A DNA stretch of 61,143 nucleotides, filler included, from Sphacelaria rigidula (lineage: Eukaryota), in NCBI GenBank assembly GCA_964200075.2. It is 9 parts of 9 records of this genome, joined end to end, with 100 filler letters (N's around TTAATTAATTAA, not from the genome) between each part and the next. Parts side by side here need not be neighbours in the genome. Positions count along the whole stretch, not along the records: positions 47,636 to 54,339 come from CAXNAA020018505.1; positions 54,440 to 61,143 come from CAXNAA020018506.1; 7 more parts are not named here. The stretch is one strand, 5' to 3'. Position 1 is the first letter of the stretch; each line of letters opens with the position of its first letter. Positions 48,571 to 61,143 of the stretch are shown here, in pieces. Under the pieces are notes generated by a model that was given only the letters and a program-made list of their open reading frames with translations, was not told the DNA's origin and did no database searches. Both the position numbers and the translations under genes were made by a program.

Positions 48571-51500
48571 AAAAATACCGGGAAACGGAAACGGAAGTGG
48601 CTCTTCAATAGACTGCTTGAGTGTCCTAGCAAGACGCTCAAGGGTTGAGGAGTAGCCTAGGGTTACAATTCGGAAATCAAAGAGAATTACAGATAAAACA
48701 ATATTAGAACAATACAGACATGAACGGAATAACATGTTACATGTCAGTGGTGAGGGGAGTACAAGTTCCCAAGGAAGATGACCTCTCAGCCATGGAGGTT
48801 GTTGCTGACAAGAAGCAAGGGTTATTTTGACGATGTTTCGCCAAAAAGCACATTTCTCACAGGATGAAGATACGATATCCACCGTGGTGTTACTAACGCG
48901 AGGCGTTTGTCCTACTCCGGTGTCAGCGGAACCGAAGGCATCCCAGAACCCGGGCATAAATAACCCAGGCGCCTGTGGACCGAATAGCGTCCCAGTGCCC
49001 AGTCATGTATAATTGTCAGATGCAACCAGCACTAAAGTGCAATTGCATTCAATGGAAATATGTCATACATCATACATAACACAGTTACATAACACAAGGG
49101 CCGAAACTGAAGGGTTTTACAATGCGTTCACTGTTGATGACCACAGGTAGCAAAACTTTACTGGAGGCGTTTAGTCATTGCCACAGTATAGAGAAGGGCT
49201 ACCTTTGCGATTGGCGGTGGCGTGACTCAATCAAAGATCACCACTCAAAGAAACTTCCACGATCACATCTTATCCCACCAGCCACAGCCCTGGTGGGCTC
49301 GAGGCGCATTAAGGGGGGGAAGTGTGAAAGACACCTTTTTGCAGTAACATATCAGAGATTGATGCCACACATGAAGAACCAGCGAACGCAGACACAAGGT
49401 AGGAACGGTTCGAAAGGACCAGATTACCGAGAACCCATAGTGCTCACGATACTGGACAACTCGGGGTGATGCAAGGAAGAGCCTGATCTCAGGACGACCC
49501 TGCATCCCTCGAGGAACTAGCTGGTCACCCTACAGTGATCACTATCACGTCTGGCCCACTTCTTGCCTACACATCACAAGAGGAAATCATCGTCAGCCTC
49601 GGAGTTCCTTCGGCATCAAGACGACATCTCCAACAACAGTCTCCCCCGTAGGCCTCTGTCTACCCTAGCGAAAGGCCTTCCTCGTACATCACCACATTAA
49701 AACATGACACATTCACACCTACATACACATATCAGCTCCAGACCAATGACCACTAAACAAGTCGAACAAGAGTGAGGTTAAAACAACTCATACTCCGAAT
49801 CTTGGAAACCTAACCCTCTGAATTTCTTCCGCTCTGACTTCAAGACGAAAAAACGTTTTCCAAAGCTCTATATTATCATCGCAGAAGTAATTGTAGAATA
49901 ATTGTAGATTACTTGTAGATTACACTGCCGACATACTACTCGTCCAATGCAACATGGAAATGCAAGACTGAAATGTAACACATGGCCCTGTCCGAGATTG
50001 GAGCACTTACGCCTGCAGGTCTCTTGCAAGCCCACGTGCTCGTCAAATGCGCAACGACAGTACCCACCGTGCGATCCCGAGCCCCACTCATTGACGCCAC
50101 GATCTTTTGTTGCACAAATATCAGCGCAACTCATACGCAACTTATTCTGCACTAAGGGACAGAATACTCCTGCAGGCGCGTTTAGGCACGTGCAAATAAC
50201 AAAACAGAGGGCACTACGACGGGGTGAACGAGTCGTATGATCATGCAGACGTGGGTCAGTGCTCATACTTTGGTCGCAAGGACCAACAGTGCCCTCGTAC
50301 CTACAAAACACCTCGAGGCGGGTGCGCGGTGTAGGGGCTGCTCTGGTCACTTCTACTAATTCGCACGGGTCACTGGTTTGTACTGTACCTCTAACCACAT
50401 CGGAGGAGAGAGGTACAAAGTAGTGCAACTCAGAGTGGAACAGCCGAGTGGCTGGACTCGTGCGTCTTGCGGAATGGGACCTGCCTTGCTTCTTTTGACC
50501 GTAGCTACATTGTGCGATATTGGGAGGATGACTCCTCATGAATCGCCAACCGTGCTACCGCAATCTACAGGTATACATGTTGAAGAAATAAGCGCGTTAC
50601 CGCTCACCTAAGGACAACACCATTCGCAATACTCCACGGAAACTTCCACAAACGCACATTAGTGTCATCCACCTACTATCGGGATTGAGTGGCCGTTTTC
50701 CCCGACCGAATGTTCTGCGCATCGGATTGTGTCACACGGGTGCGTTGCTCCTTGCGTATCAGTGGGTGAAGGATCTATGTCGACCGCACACCACTTGCAC
50801 CGCCAAAGAGTTTGACCACCAGACCTTCGGCGGTCGTTCACGTGCATCCTAAACACACACCCACATCAGGCCGTTAGATTCAGCTATTCGATCATATTCG
50901 ACTCGCCCATCAAGGTTATCCCTTGCGGCATCCGCCTAGATTTGATATATTCACTAATCAGGCGCACAAATGAGTAAACTTCCCGTCAAGCACCCGCCCT
51001 TGTGGGCATACCCGCTGCCTGCTCCCCTACTGTTTCAACAACCAGGTTTTCTTCCGCACGTCCATCCATGTAGATAGTTGTTCAACGACTCAGGGCGCAT
51101 CTGCCATGCACTCCAACTCATCGTTCCTGCCTGACCATGGGTGAAATTCGTCCTCCTCTGTTAAACTGAAGCGTTCGCAGGTAACGCAGGCTTGTCGATG
51201 ACAACGGGAGGCAATGAGGTGGGTTCCCATTGTACGTCCCTCGTTGCTTTGGCGGTGATCTTAGGCCATCTGAACTTTGCTACGGCCTCCTGCACGCACA
51301 AATTTGGATGACGCCAATTTTTGGTGTAGTGTCAGGGGGGAAAGACAAGATCCGGTTAGTCCACCACACGCGCAGAGAAGATACCACAAATTTGTGGTCA
51401 CAGAATATTATCCGAAGCACCGCACTTCCTGAGCTGAGCACCACGAACATGTCCGATAGTATCACTGCAGGCCGCAGAACAACGAATGTCACGAACTCAC

Positions 51501-51879
51501 TGTTGTACGTTCGTCGTTTGCTTTCGCGGTGGTCCCTCCGACTTGCGTTCCGGGGAGATTTCATGGCAATTATTCTAGCATCAGGTCTGGAGGACAGTCG
51601 AGCGGAGCTTATCCAGCTCGTCTGTTGTGATATCGAGGCATCCGCCACTCTATCTAGTATTAAAATCTGATCGCCGCATAACAATAGTGCTAGTCATTTT
51701 TTTGAGCCGAGGAGGGGATGAGAAACGAGAGTGCACAAGATGCCGCGTCAGATGATGGCAGTCAAAGTTTCCTACCTGATTTTGCCAACGGGAACATCCA
51801 CAACATCCACAACATCCACAACATCCACTACCATCAATGGTTCGATGTCTTCGGTCTGAACGTAATGCGGATGGTTTAC

Positions 51880-53695
51880 CATGTTTTCCTTGATAGTTCG
51901 AGCATTGTCTTCAGTCGCAGTACCGGTTGGCTGGCCATCATAGAGAACGTCCGGGTTGGAGAAGTAGTTGATGACCGGTACGCCGTCGCAATCGTAGGAC
52001 ATGACACTTCTAAACCTGATATCAGCCACGATGAAACGAGACAGCACGGGGTATCTCGTCATGACATTCTCTACAAAACCAATGGGGCATGTAAGCGCTT
52101 TCCACGGCGATGAGCGTATGGGAAGAACTTGAGCTACACATAGTGGTACCGTAGCACAGCAAGCGTGGTCGAGTGTCTTTTACGGTGATAGTACGTGCGA
52201 TGTCGAGAAACACTAAACCCACGTACGCGAGGTATTACTGCACGTACCGAGTGTTTCGATCAGTACTTGTGCAAACGCGGTGCCCGTGTGAGTATTTCGT
52301 GTCGACCTCGCTATCCTCTCTGTTGTGACTGCACCCAAACGCGTGGCCAAACTCGTGCGTACTGGCCAAGGTATCGATGCACGTGGGATTCACCACACTG
52401 TAGCCAAGTTCAGGCAGCAACTCGGTGTTGGTAAACCTGTCGACGGTGCGATGCAACGGAAAAAAAGGTTTCACAGACAAATGATTGGGGGACGTGCGGT
52501 AGCGAAAAGGGGGTGGTCACGAGTTTCTCCTAGAGCTTGCAACGAAGGGGGAATTGTCACAGTTTGCTGCTAGTCGTTCCACACGTATCTCGTGTCCTAC
52601 ATTTTGTTGTATGGTGCTATTAATAATGGCACTGGCATGTCCCACTGGTATTTCCCAGGTTCCGCTGAACTTGACACTAACACCAACACCAAGCCCATCC
52701 CTATCCCTATCCCTAGCCCTGACCGTTAGACTTTGACGCGTTAGACTTTGACGCCAGTTCTGAACGTTGCGTTTGCCGCTTGTGGCCACATTTTGGGGTC
52801 ACGAGGTGCCGCTGGCACCTTGCACTGTAATGAGTGGATGACTGTGCAAATACGACCACTTACAACAATTCAAGTCTGCGCTGTGTAAATAAGGCCCTCT
52901 CCCGTGCGCTACTGTTCCCGTGCCTCCTACATATCGTTGTCCCCCGGAGGATACGACACAAGCACCGCGACACCACCACGGACCGGATCATACACCCTCC
53001 CAACCCTTCAAACTTGCCCATTTCCGCATTCGTCCCCGTAGTCGTGGAAAATCTGGACCAGATCAGCGGCATACGTGTCCCGTAGGTTGGCGATCTCTGA
53101 AGAGGACGACAAGCGAGTCAACGACGCCGAGCTGGATTCAGTCGACTGGTACTGGATCTGCTCGAGGGTCGACACGGAGTAAAGGTTTATTGTGAGGACG
53201 GTATATTATAGAACGCGTGGTACACAACATGGTGGCTACTTCAAAGTCGATGATCGCATTCTAGCCAAGATAAGATCCCCGCACGAAATGGTGAACCTAG
53301 TGCGCTCAGTTGGGGCAACTGTACTTCACTGGCAGCAAGTTGGATGAGCGTAGGTATAGAGCGTACAGAGAATAGATAGCTGGTGGATTTCCAATGCGTA
53401 TATACTGTCATGTGTAGGTCGCAGAGGGCGCACATGAGGTAGAGTAGTGCTGGACTGCATAATCATGCGCATTTGTCCAGCATGGCAAGAAGAACCAAAA
53501 AACTGTCCGAATTTAATACTGTTGCACCATCACCTTCGCCGCATGCACGAGTGAAAAGTGGAGAGGGATCTCCGAGTTCGAAAAAGCTTCGTTCGTCGTT
53601 TCCACAACCTCCATGAGCGTGGTCTCCATCTGTCCAGCCGTCGCATCCCCCATGAGTGCCAGCGCAGCATCCGTATAGAGGAGCATGACATCAAC
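51880..53695 (-). CDS. Reprolysin-like (M12B-type metzincin) zinc metalloprotease (partial, spliced)
   Basis: Exons 53695-53534, 53157-53018 (GC donor), 52436-52248 and 52015-51880 with matching phases 0, 2, 2. They give VDVMLLYT...TNEAFSNSEI...LRDTYAADLV...CGNG...HEFGHAFGCSHNRE...FRSVMSY (Met-turn)...YFSNPDV...DNARTIKENM. Confidence 0.92.
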
Positions 53696-53934
53696 CTTGA
53701 TTGCACACAATCGCATCATGACGCATGACAGGTGACATACACAGAATGAGGCAGGGACAAAGTGTTGCGCAGCAGGCACTGACACCCTAGTGGCCCATTG
53801 AGACCATGATGTTCACAATTTGAGGGCACAAATGCTTGTACGAGTGTGTTCCAAGACCAGGGCGGCGAGGACGCACCATGGACTTCATGTAGTCGGCCAT
53901 ACCAGTGTGTACCTTGGAGCTCGTAGTATAGACA

Positions 53935-54309
53935 CCGATCGCATCCCTACAAAGCCAAGACGGAGCACGCCGGGTTTTCGCCGGACCAGGCTCGAGGGGG
54001 GGGGGAGGGGGGAGTACGTGGTTTCCACCGTACGTGCGCCACATTCACTGGATAACCCCCCCCGCCCCCCACAGGACGGAGATAAGATATGTAAAAGGTT
54101 TTTATGCATGTATGAAAGAAACGTAATGAGCGCCGGAATGTTGGAGGTGTCTCTAGTAGGAGTAGGTGTGGGAGCGGTGCCCCGTCTCGAAAGGGATGCG
54201 TGGTAATTGGTCAAACGACCAAGACAAGCAACAGTTGAGTATGCTCCATCTCGAAAGGGATGCGTGGTCAATGGTCAAATGACTAAGGCAAGCAACAAAT
54301 GAGTACGAC
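53935..54309. mobile_element. Cluster of family B (-) and family A (+, duplicated 3' end) non-LTR fragments around G/C runs
   Basis: CGCATCCCTACAAAGCCAAGACGGAGCACG at 53940. Family A spans 54072-54309, with CTCGAAAGGGATGCGTGG...TGAGTA present twice. Confidence 0.7.
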
Positions 54310-54439
54310 AGCCCGAAGCACAACCATCAACGCACACTANNNNNNNNNNNNNNNNNNNNNNNNNNNNNNNNNNNNNNNNNNNNTTAATTAATTAANNNNN
54401 NNNNNNNNNNNNNNNNNNNNNNNNNNNNNNNNNNNNNNN

Positions 54440-54575
54440 CACACCACGGCGCTTTGCGCTTGGTGATGGAATGCGAGCCTGGCCCGGCGAAAACCCGGCG
54501 TGCTCCGTCCCGGCGTTGGAGGGATGCGAGGTTAATGGTCATATGACCACGGCATGCATGATCATGACTACACCG
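54440..54575 (+). mobile_element. Family B non-LTR 3'-end fragment
   Basis: GTGCTCCGTCCCGGC..GGGATGCGAGGTTAATGGTC..GGCATGCATGATCATGACTAC. Confidence 0.65.
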
Positions 54576-55519
54576 CTCATGAGACGGCGATTCGAATCGT
54601 GACCCTGGTTAAGTCCACTACTTTCGTACCTAGCCCTTGTCTCTTCGTGGGGAAAATCCAGGTGATTTTTTTCCCGCTGATCACCCTGCCTCTCGTGATG
54701 CCAACTCAAGCACCCGTAAATCGTCAAAATACCGGTGATGCGACAGACTCATCGGCGTGAGCCGAAGGTGGAAGTCGATTACACAAGAAGAGGGAAAAAA
54801 ACAAATGTACGTGGACGCAGGTGTCTCGCACCACCCCCACACCCCAAGCAACGCACAGCCATGCTTTTGTTCATGTGTGTGTGTTTGCGACAAAGATGCC
54901 GCGAAAGTCTATCTGGGTGTCTCATGGACGAGGATTTGTTTCCATTTTTTTTCCCGACTTTTCCACAAAACATCAGCTTGAAAAGAGTTTCCGACGCTAG
55001 GTTTTCGGAGAAATCCGTCGTCAATCTTGAAAACATATTTTGTCTGATCTGGTGAAGAATCTGCTCTCAGTTTTCGGAGATGCTTTTTCCCCCTCGAAAA
55101 CTGCGGAGGTTTGGGGAAGTATAGACGCGATAATATTACCCCCGAAAAGTTCCGCTTCGTGTCTGTAAATATATCCCGCCCTTTCCCTTTTGAGGGTTAG
55201 CGTCGGTTGGCAACGATGCTGTAAAACACACTACTTTCTGCGTAGGCTGGGCAACCAGGTTACCATTTTTTCCTCTCGCGTTTTTATTTGGAGTATCCGT
55301 GATGGTGGTCAAGCTAGATCATATTGTGCGGGGTGGAAGAACCTGAGCTCCGCGCCAAGGGGATGGCCGTACTACTGTTCGTGGTGTTCATAGGGTGAGA
55401 CGCCCATGAGGCAATGCGTAACCCGTGGCTGTCTCTAGAAGTGACAGTGCTAGAAAGTGAAGCAACTTATTCGAGGATGTCATGCATATCGAACATAACT
55501 AGTATGGTCCGGGCCGAAC

Positions 55520-55707
55520 AATCTTAGCAGGATCCAGCTCATCCTTCATGCGACTCGCCGAACACATCACGGCGCTCCGCGCTTGGTGATTGCTAACCTG
55601 GTCTGGCGATAACCCAACGTGCTCCCTCCCGGCTTTGTAGGGATGCGAGGTCAAAAGTCTCATGACTACGCCATGCAGCATCATGAGTACGCCCCCCCCC
55701 CCGCCCC
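55520..55707 (+). mobile_element. Family B non-LTR 3'-end fragment
   Basis: Homologous to 27346-27520 (inverted). Ends CATGAGTACG followed by a C-tract. Confidence 0.7.
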
Positions 55708-56139
55708 AACAGGTAATGCATGAACATGCCCTTGCTTGTTCTTTACAAGATTTGAGATTGAAGAGACTGTATACCTGTAGTCCCGGCTTCGCCGCACTAC
55801 GTAGTCCGCCTGATGATGCCCGGAACATTCGCGTATCTCTATTCCGCACATTACACAGGTGTGCGATGTCAGCAGCCCTCGTGTGCAATTGATATTGCTG
55901 GAGATGTTCGCCCGCGATTGCGAGGGGCGAGGGAGCCTGTACCAGAAGACCAAGTTCCGATATGGTTTATACGAATTTGCGCTGCTCCGGTAGGTTCTTT
56001 TTTGTTCGAGTACACATCACTTGGGTGGCCCCCGCTTGGTTGGCGTCTGGGTTTGTGATAAGAGTGGAGGTCCCACAGTAGTGAGCGGTTTCCCACTATG
56101 GTGCGATCTGGTGCACTATGTTTTCAATTAATTAATTTC

Positions 56140-56154
56140 TTGTTGTTGTTGTTG

Positions 56155-56189
<35 letters not shown>

Positions 56190-56280
56190 TCCGCGCATTA
56201 GCCCGATCTCTCGAACCCGTGGTCGCAGACGTACGCTCGTCTTCCCACTACCGTCCCTGCTATTCCTCACAAGACAAAAG
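56140..56280 (-). repeat. Family E retroelement-like 3' end with (TAA)n/(CAA)n tail
   Basis: ATTATTTCCGC..CGATCTCTCGAACCCGTGGTC is also at 18617-18660. Confidence 0.55.
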
Positions 56281-56964
56281 AGTCCTCCATAATTTTTTGA
56301 GACTCCAGCCTAATTATAATAACAGACACAATTAAGTAAAATATTACCGGAATGAAAACAAGAAGAGAGACACCAAGGAAAACATGAGAAGCAGCTTCCC
56401 TGAGTCCAACCGGGTGTAAAGAAAATAAGAGCAGTACCAATCAAAATCCTCCAGACCCCAGTAATTTTTAGATGAACCATGTGTATATACGACACTTGGT
56501 ACCTCTTCCCACTAGCCGACTTCTACATAGCCGGCCCGCTCACAAGAAACAACAATTTTAAAAAGGCTTAGAACCTAGCTTCGGCAGCCAATATGAGCGT
56601 TATTATGTCACCATTTCTCATGTCTGGCCAAGGAAATTACATGATATTCATGATCTTTTTGGTTATTTCTTACTCCCAGCCAAGCAAATTCTTCACGTTT
56701 CTTACCCCAGTTAACTTTTGATACGTACGGACTTTCATTGCACGATAGTGATCGATTGCCTGCCGCTCTATTTCTTATGATGTCCCATCTTTCGAGCTCA
56801 ATTTCTTAGCACTTCGCAATTCTGAGGCTCAATTTTTGCGAAGACATCTCTTGTGAGTGAGCCGGCACCATACGGTATGAGTCAGCGGAACTTGTTTCAT
56901 TGGATGAGGTCCACGGTATAACTCAGCGGTACCTAGTCTCGTTGGCTGAGTTATACCACATAAC

Positions 56965-57070
56965 TTGTTGTTGTTGTTGTTGTTGTCTTCACATTAAAAA
57001 CCGTTCCGACATCTGCGCGGTACATTCGTACTCGGCATCTGATACAGACGCCTTCCATGATCACAGGCTA
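56965..57070 (-). repeat. Family F retroelement-like 3' end with (CAA)n tail
   Basis: TGTCTTCACATTAAAAACCGTTCCGA..GGCATCTGATACAGACGCCTTCC..CACAGGC matches 58624-58713. Confidence 0.6.
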
Positions 57071-57729
57071 GCAAAAAAAAAGAAAAAGACCCAGATTAAA
57101 ACTCACAAAACGCGATACAAGCAAAAAACAGGGATGAGCATTAAAGAAGAAAGATAATACCGATGGCTAACCTCAGAAGATCCGGGCCGCAGGTGGCCAT
57201 TCGGACTTCAGGGGGTGGCGCCCGGCTTTCCAACTCGACGCGCGACGCCAAGTAGAAATGAAGACAGGGTCCGACTACGGGCGAGACATGACTGAACTGA
57301 GTAATGAGTTGTGCAACGTTTGAAAATTTGGTTCAGACCCGCGGTCGAAAGATAAAATGTCTCGAGGCAGACACATCACAACGTGAAAATGAGGACCTAC
57401 GCCCGGATGGGCAGGGTGAATTGTCTACAGGGTCGAGCTGGGGGACATTGTAGGAGGTTTTCTTGGTGAGGAAGACCCTAGCTAGTTGAGGAGAAGGGAT
57501 ACTTTCAAGTCTGAGACTACCTGGGTGAAGGGGCACTCCCACCTTGGTGCCTACCCCTACATCCGACAGGACTACCTAGCCTAAGGGCTGGGGACGTACG
57601 GCGGGTGCAGTGCACTGAATGCACTTCACGAAACTAGAAATAGCGAAGTGCATGGTAACAGGTTCCTGCCTATCTCCTGGGGACGAAAAAAAATGGAAAA
57701 AAAAAATCACAACGTGAAAAAAAGGTGGT

Positions 57730-58430
57730 TCGAATTCTCTCGTCTAGGGTCTTCTGTTCTGTGCCGCTCTGACATCTGCTGAAGAAGCTCTGAGACACTC
57801 CAGCGGTCAGCTTGTCCTCCTCTCCTTGGGCTTTGGCATATCTTCTACGTTGAATTTCGTTTGTGTTTTCCGCGCTGTGTGTTCTGCATTGGACCTACAG
57901 CGTGTTCTCATCTTGCACGCATGTCCAATCCTTGTTTACTGCTTGCGTTCAAATACCAACGGTCAGTGTGTCATTTCCTTCAGCTTCGGCGTCATTTTTA
58001 CAACTTTACTCGGCATCATGTCCGAAACTGTCAGCCAGGTCCTTGCAGTATCACATACCCCCCCCCCTTGAGCCCGCGGACTTGTCCCGAGGAACGAGAG
58101 GGGGTGTTATTCAAAGTGCGACAAGGAAAAAAAACTCGGGTCGAAGGACACTTTGTGGCCCGCTCTCCAAACTGTTTTAAATGCTCTCGTCTCGGGTCTC
58201 GTGGTCTGTATTACTCCGACATCAGCTGAAAAAGCTCCGAGAAACTCCAACGTGTGCTTTCTGTTTCTGCTCGTGTTTGGAGTACATTTAGAGTGCGTTT
58301 GCTTTCCGCGCCGTGTTTTGCATGGGCGTTACACCTCCAGCGTGTTTTGATCTCGCACGCATGCCTCTTCCTTATTTACTCTTTCTCGTCTGCTGCTGCG
58401 GCGTTCTTCATCATGAGCTGTGGCTGGATG
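57730..58430. repeat. Two diverged direct copies of a ~300-bp repeat about 448 bp apart
   Basis: CTCTCGTCT.GGGTCT...GACATC.GCTGAA.AAGCTC.GAGA.ACTCCA...CAGCGTGTT...GCACGCATG at 57737 and 58184. Confidence 0.7.
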
Positions 58431-58472
58431 CAACAGTTTTCCCAGCTTTTTCAAATTTGAATCAGCCTCATC

Positions 58473-58713
<241 letters not shown>

Positions 58714-58960
58714 GAACTATCCACAAATAAGCTTCAAGTCAATAAAATAAAAATAAACCATGGCCCAGATTAATCAGCATCATATTTGCAACGGTTTTTC
58801 ACACGTTTTGATGGTCATCATTATCACATGTAATAAGAGTAATGAAAATAGTAATGATAATATGATATTTTGATGCGCAGTGTCAATTCGTCGACAGTAT
58901 TAACGCGCCAAGTATTCGCTCATCCGGTACATGCATGTGTGCACACATACTTCCTTCCAG

Positions 58961-59137
58961 GGCGTGTGAGGACGCGCTGAAGGCAACGGAAACCCTGCCC
59001 AACTACCCCCAGTGCTGGCTGAAAGCCGGCGACGCCTTATCGTCTTTGCGGAAACCCAAGGAGGCAGCGGGATACTATCAAGTGGCGCTTGACCTAGATC
59101 CTTCCATGGAGAGCTTTCTACGGCCCAAGATAGATGC
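58961..59137 (+). CDS. Internal exon of a TPR-containing protein
   Basis: TTCCTTCCAG acceptor and GTGAGT donor, 177 bp, phase 2/2. It encodes ACEDALKATETLPNYPQCWLKAGDALSSLRKPKEAAGYYQVALDLDP, which fits the TPR consensus. Confidence 0.8.
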
Positions 59138-61143
59138 GTGAGTTTAAACTTGAGCACAGAAGCGTAATTTTGGAGAAGCTCCCCCTCGTACTTGATTTCT
59201 TGCATTGCATTCGGGTTATTTTTGTATTTTTTTAGTACCTCTTGTCTGTTGGACGTGGAAAACTAAATACTAGGCTGTTGCATGTGCTGGTCGATGTTTC
59301 CTTCTTCGCCACTGCGACACAAGTGGATAACGCCTGCTCACAACTGTTGGGGCACTGTAGATAGGTACACCCTCTGGTATACTACGCCCATCCAAACGTT
59401 TTTACGAGGAGCAGGTCATTCTTCCAAAAATCCCCCCCTCTCCAATCCCTCATGTGTTTCCCCGGGCTTCAAACCGTTGCTTCCGGATGCTCGCGCTAAA
59501 CCGAAACATGGTCGTTTCTTACTCGGCAGATTGAGGGAGGGAAATGGAGAGGACGCCCTTTCCGCAACGCTCCCCTTCTGAGGCCACGCTGACTTTTCAA
59601 GACCACTGGGTTGATTTGATGGCCTGATTCTTGTGTACCGTGGACTGGAGCTCACGGTATGACACTCAGCCTACCCTAGATTCCCAACGGCTGAGTGATG
59701 AGTTGGCTCTCCAGGGTTTGATAACGGGTTGTTGGCTCCGCCGCACAGCCTACATATCTTGGGGTTACCCTTCACATGCATTCCCGCCCGATTGTCCAGA
59801 CCCGCGGTCGGAGGATAAAAATTCTCCAAGGGTGTGTTGGGTAGTGTAAATTTCCGGGTATTTGCTCTCCCGAATTTCGTGTTGCGATGGTCCGATCTCC
59901 AAACTCTCCCGAATATTGGGTAAGGGGGGCTATGATTGCAATGCTCTACCCAATATCTGTCGATTGTTGAGTACGATGTTAATACGCCACCCAAGTATTT
60001 TGGGTACTTCGAGCACGATTTTTTCAAAATGCCTAGAAGAAAGAAATAGCCTACCCAATACACCATTGAGATTCTCGAATTGAGACACACTCTGGACTAT
60101 TGATAAAATACATTGTCAAGAAGAGTACTGCGTGGGGGTGTGGAATTATGCTTCTATTGCGATAAATACAATAGTCGATTCTGTATGCGGTACACTTTTT
60201 GACGGGGTAATCTTTCGTCCCAGGTGTGAAATTAGTGCGTACATGGTGAAGGGTGTTGCTTCTGGGTTATGGTCTTACTTGCTAGGCGTATGCGGGCGCC
60301 TATTCGACTTGTCGCTCGCGCCGAAAAGTACTGACTGAGGCGTCGGAAGCGTGTGCACCTGTGACAACCTGAAGTTTCGCGTGTGTTTGCGTCTTTATTC
60401 AACCGTAACCTCGTCATTCTTTAATTATTGCGGCAAGGCGGTCTCACTACCCTCATCAAACCGGAGGAGAACTGTCGTGGGGTGGCTTTCAGCGTGTTCG
60501 GGGCGTCTTTCGGTACAGGTCCTGGTGGTGTGTTATGAACACATGTTGTAGCTCAGACGTTGATATTGCAGTGTTGAGTTAGGTGAGAATAGAGGTGTAT
60601 TGTATACAGTAGCGACATGTGTTTCTGTGGTGTGTTTTGCTTGGACTTCGGATGAGTCGGCAGTCGTTTGACTTAAAATATGCACGTGCCGTGTATCTAT
60701 CTCCCGCGGTAGAGCATGACCAAACGCGTGCAGAATAGAATCTATGAGGTTAGGTGCGCTATGAACAACTCAACATCTATAATAGGAGTGCAAATGAAGT
60801 AGTGGCGGGCATGAGTTCACGGGAGGAATACATGGGCGCGAAACACGCGATCACGTCTGTTGGAGACGGGTGGTGTGGTTGTCGAGGAACATGCACAAGA
60901 GTATGGGAATCACTAGAGAAATGTGGAGAGCTTTGAAGTTGAAAATAAAGGGAGAAATTTAGGCAATTGACCAAGAAGTGTTGAGTTCAAACAGGTCCAA
61001 GGTTGCCTCGACTTTTGGGGTCGGTTTGTGATACACCCCGTTCGTTGTTCCCCCGCTCCTATCGTCCTTGTCGGTCGGGTTGGGCTGAGGACACGAAGAG
61101 TGTGTGTGTGTGTTGTCGTCCCATTTATTCTGGGCGCCAGTCT

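Noticed and set aside
58961..59137. Shuffling TPR exon array of the brown-algal NB-ARC-TPR type
   Set aside because: Only one exon is present, with no neighbouring near-identical copies and no NB-ARC domain.

Overview
Eukaryotic, intron-rich, repeat-rich genomic DNA, most likely from a brown alga (inferred from gene content, intron style and repeat types). The window is not one locus. It is nine unrelated short scaffolds (seven of 6705 bp, then two of 6704 bp) joined by artificial N44-TTAATTAATTAA-N44 linkers. Spliced genes reconstructed with phase-consistent exons: a Sel1-repeat protein (-), a TspO/MBR-like membrane protein (+), a DUF726/TMCO4-like protein (-), a reprolysin-like HExGHxxGxxH zinc metalloprotease (-) with one GC-AG intron, and one TPR exon (+). 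Mobile DNA: a decayed Ty3/Gypsy element carrying two nested MITEs, a decayed Academ/DUF6589-like transposase, several MITEs with readable TIRs and 4-, 5-, 7- or 8-bp TSDs, and many truncated non-LTR 3' ends. Two related non-LTR families end in ATGAGTACG plus a C-rich tract instead of poly(A). No tRNA, rRNA or CRISPR array is supported.
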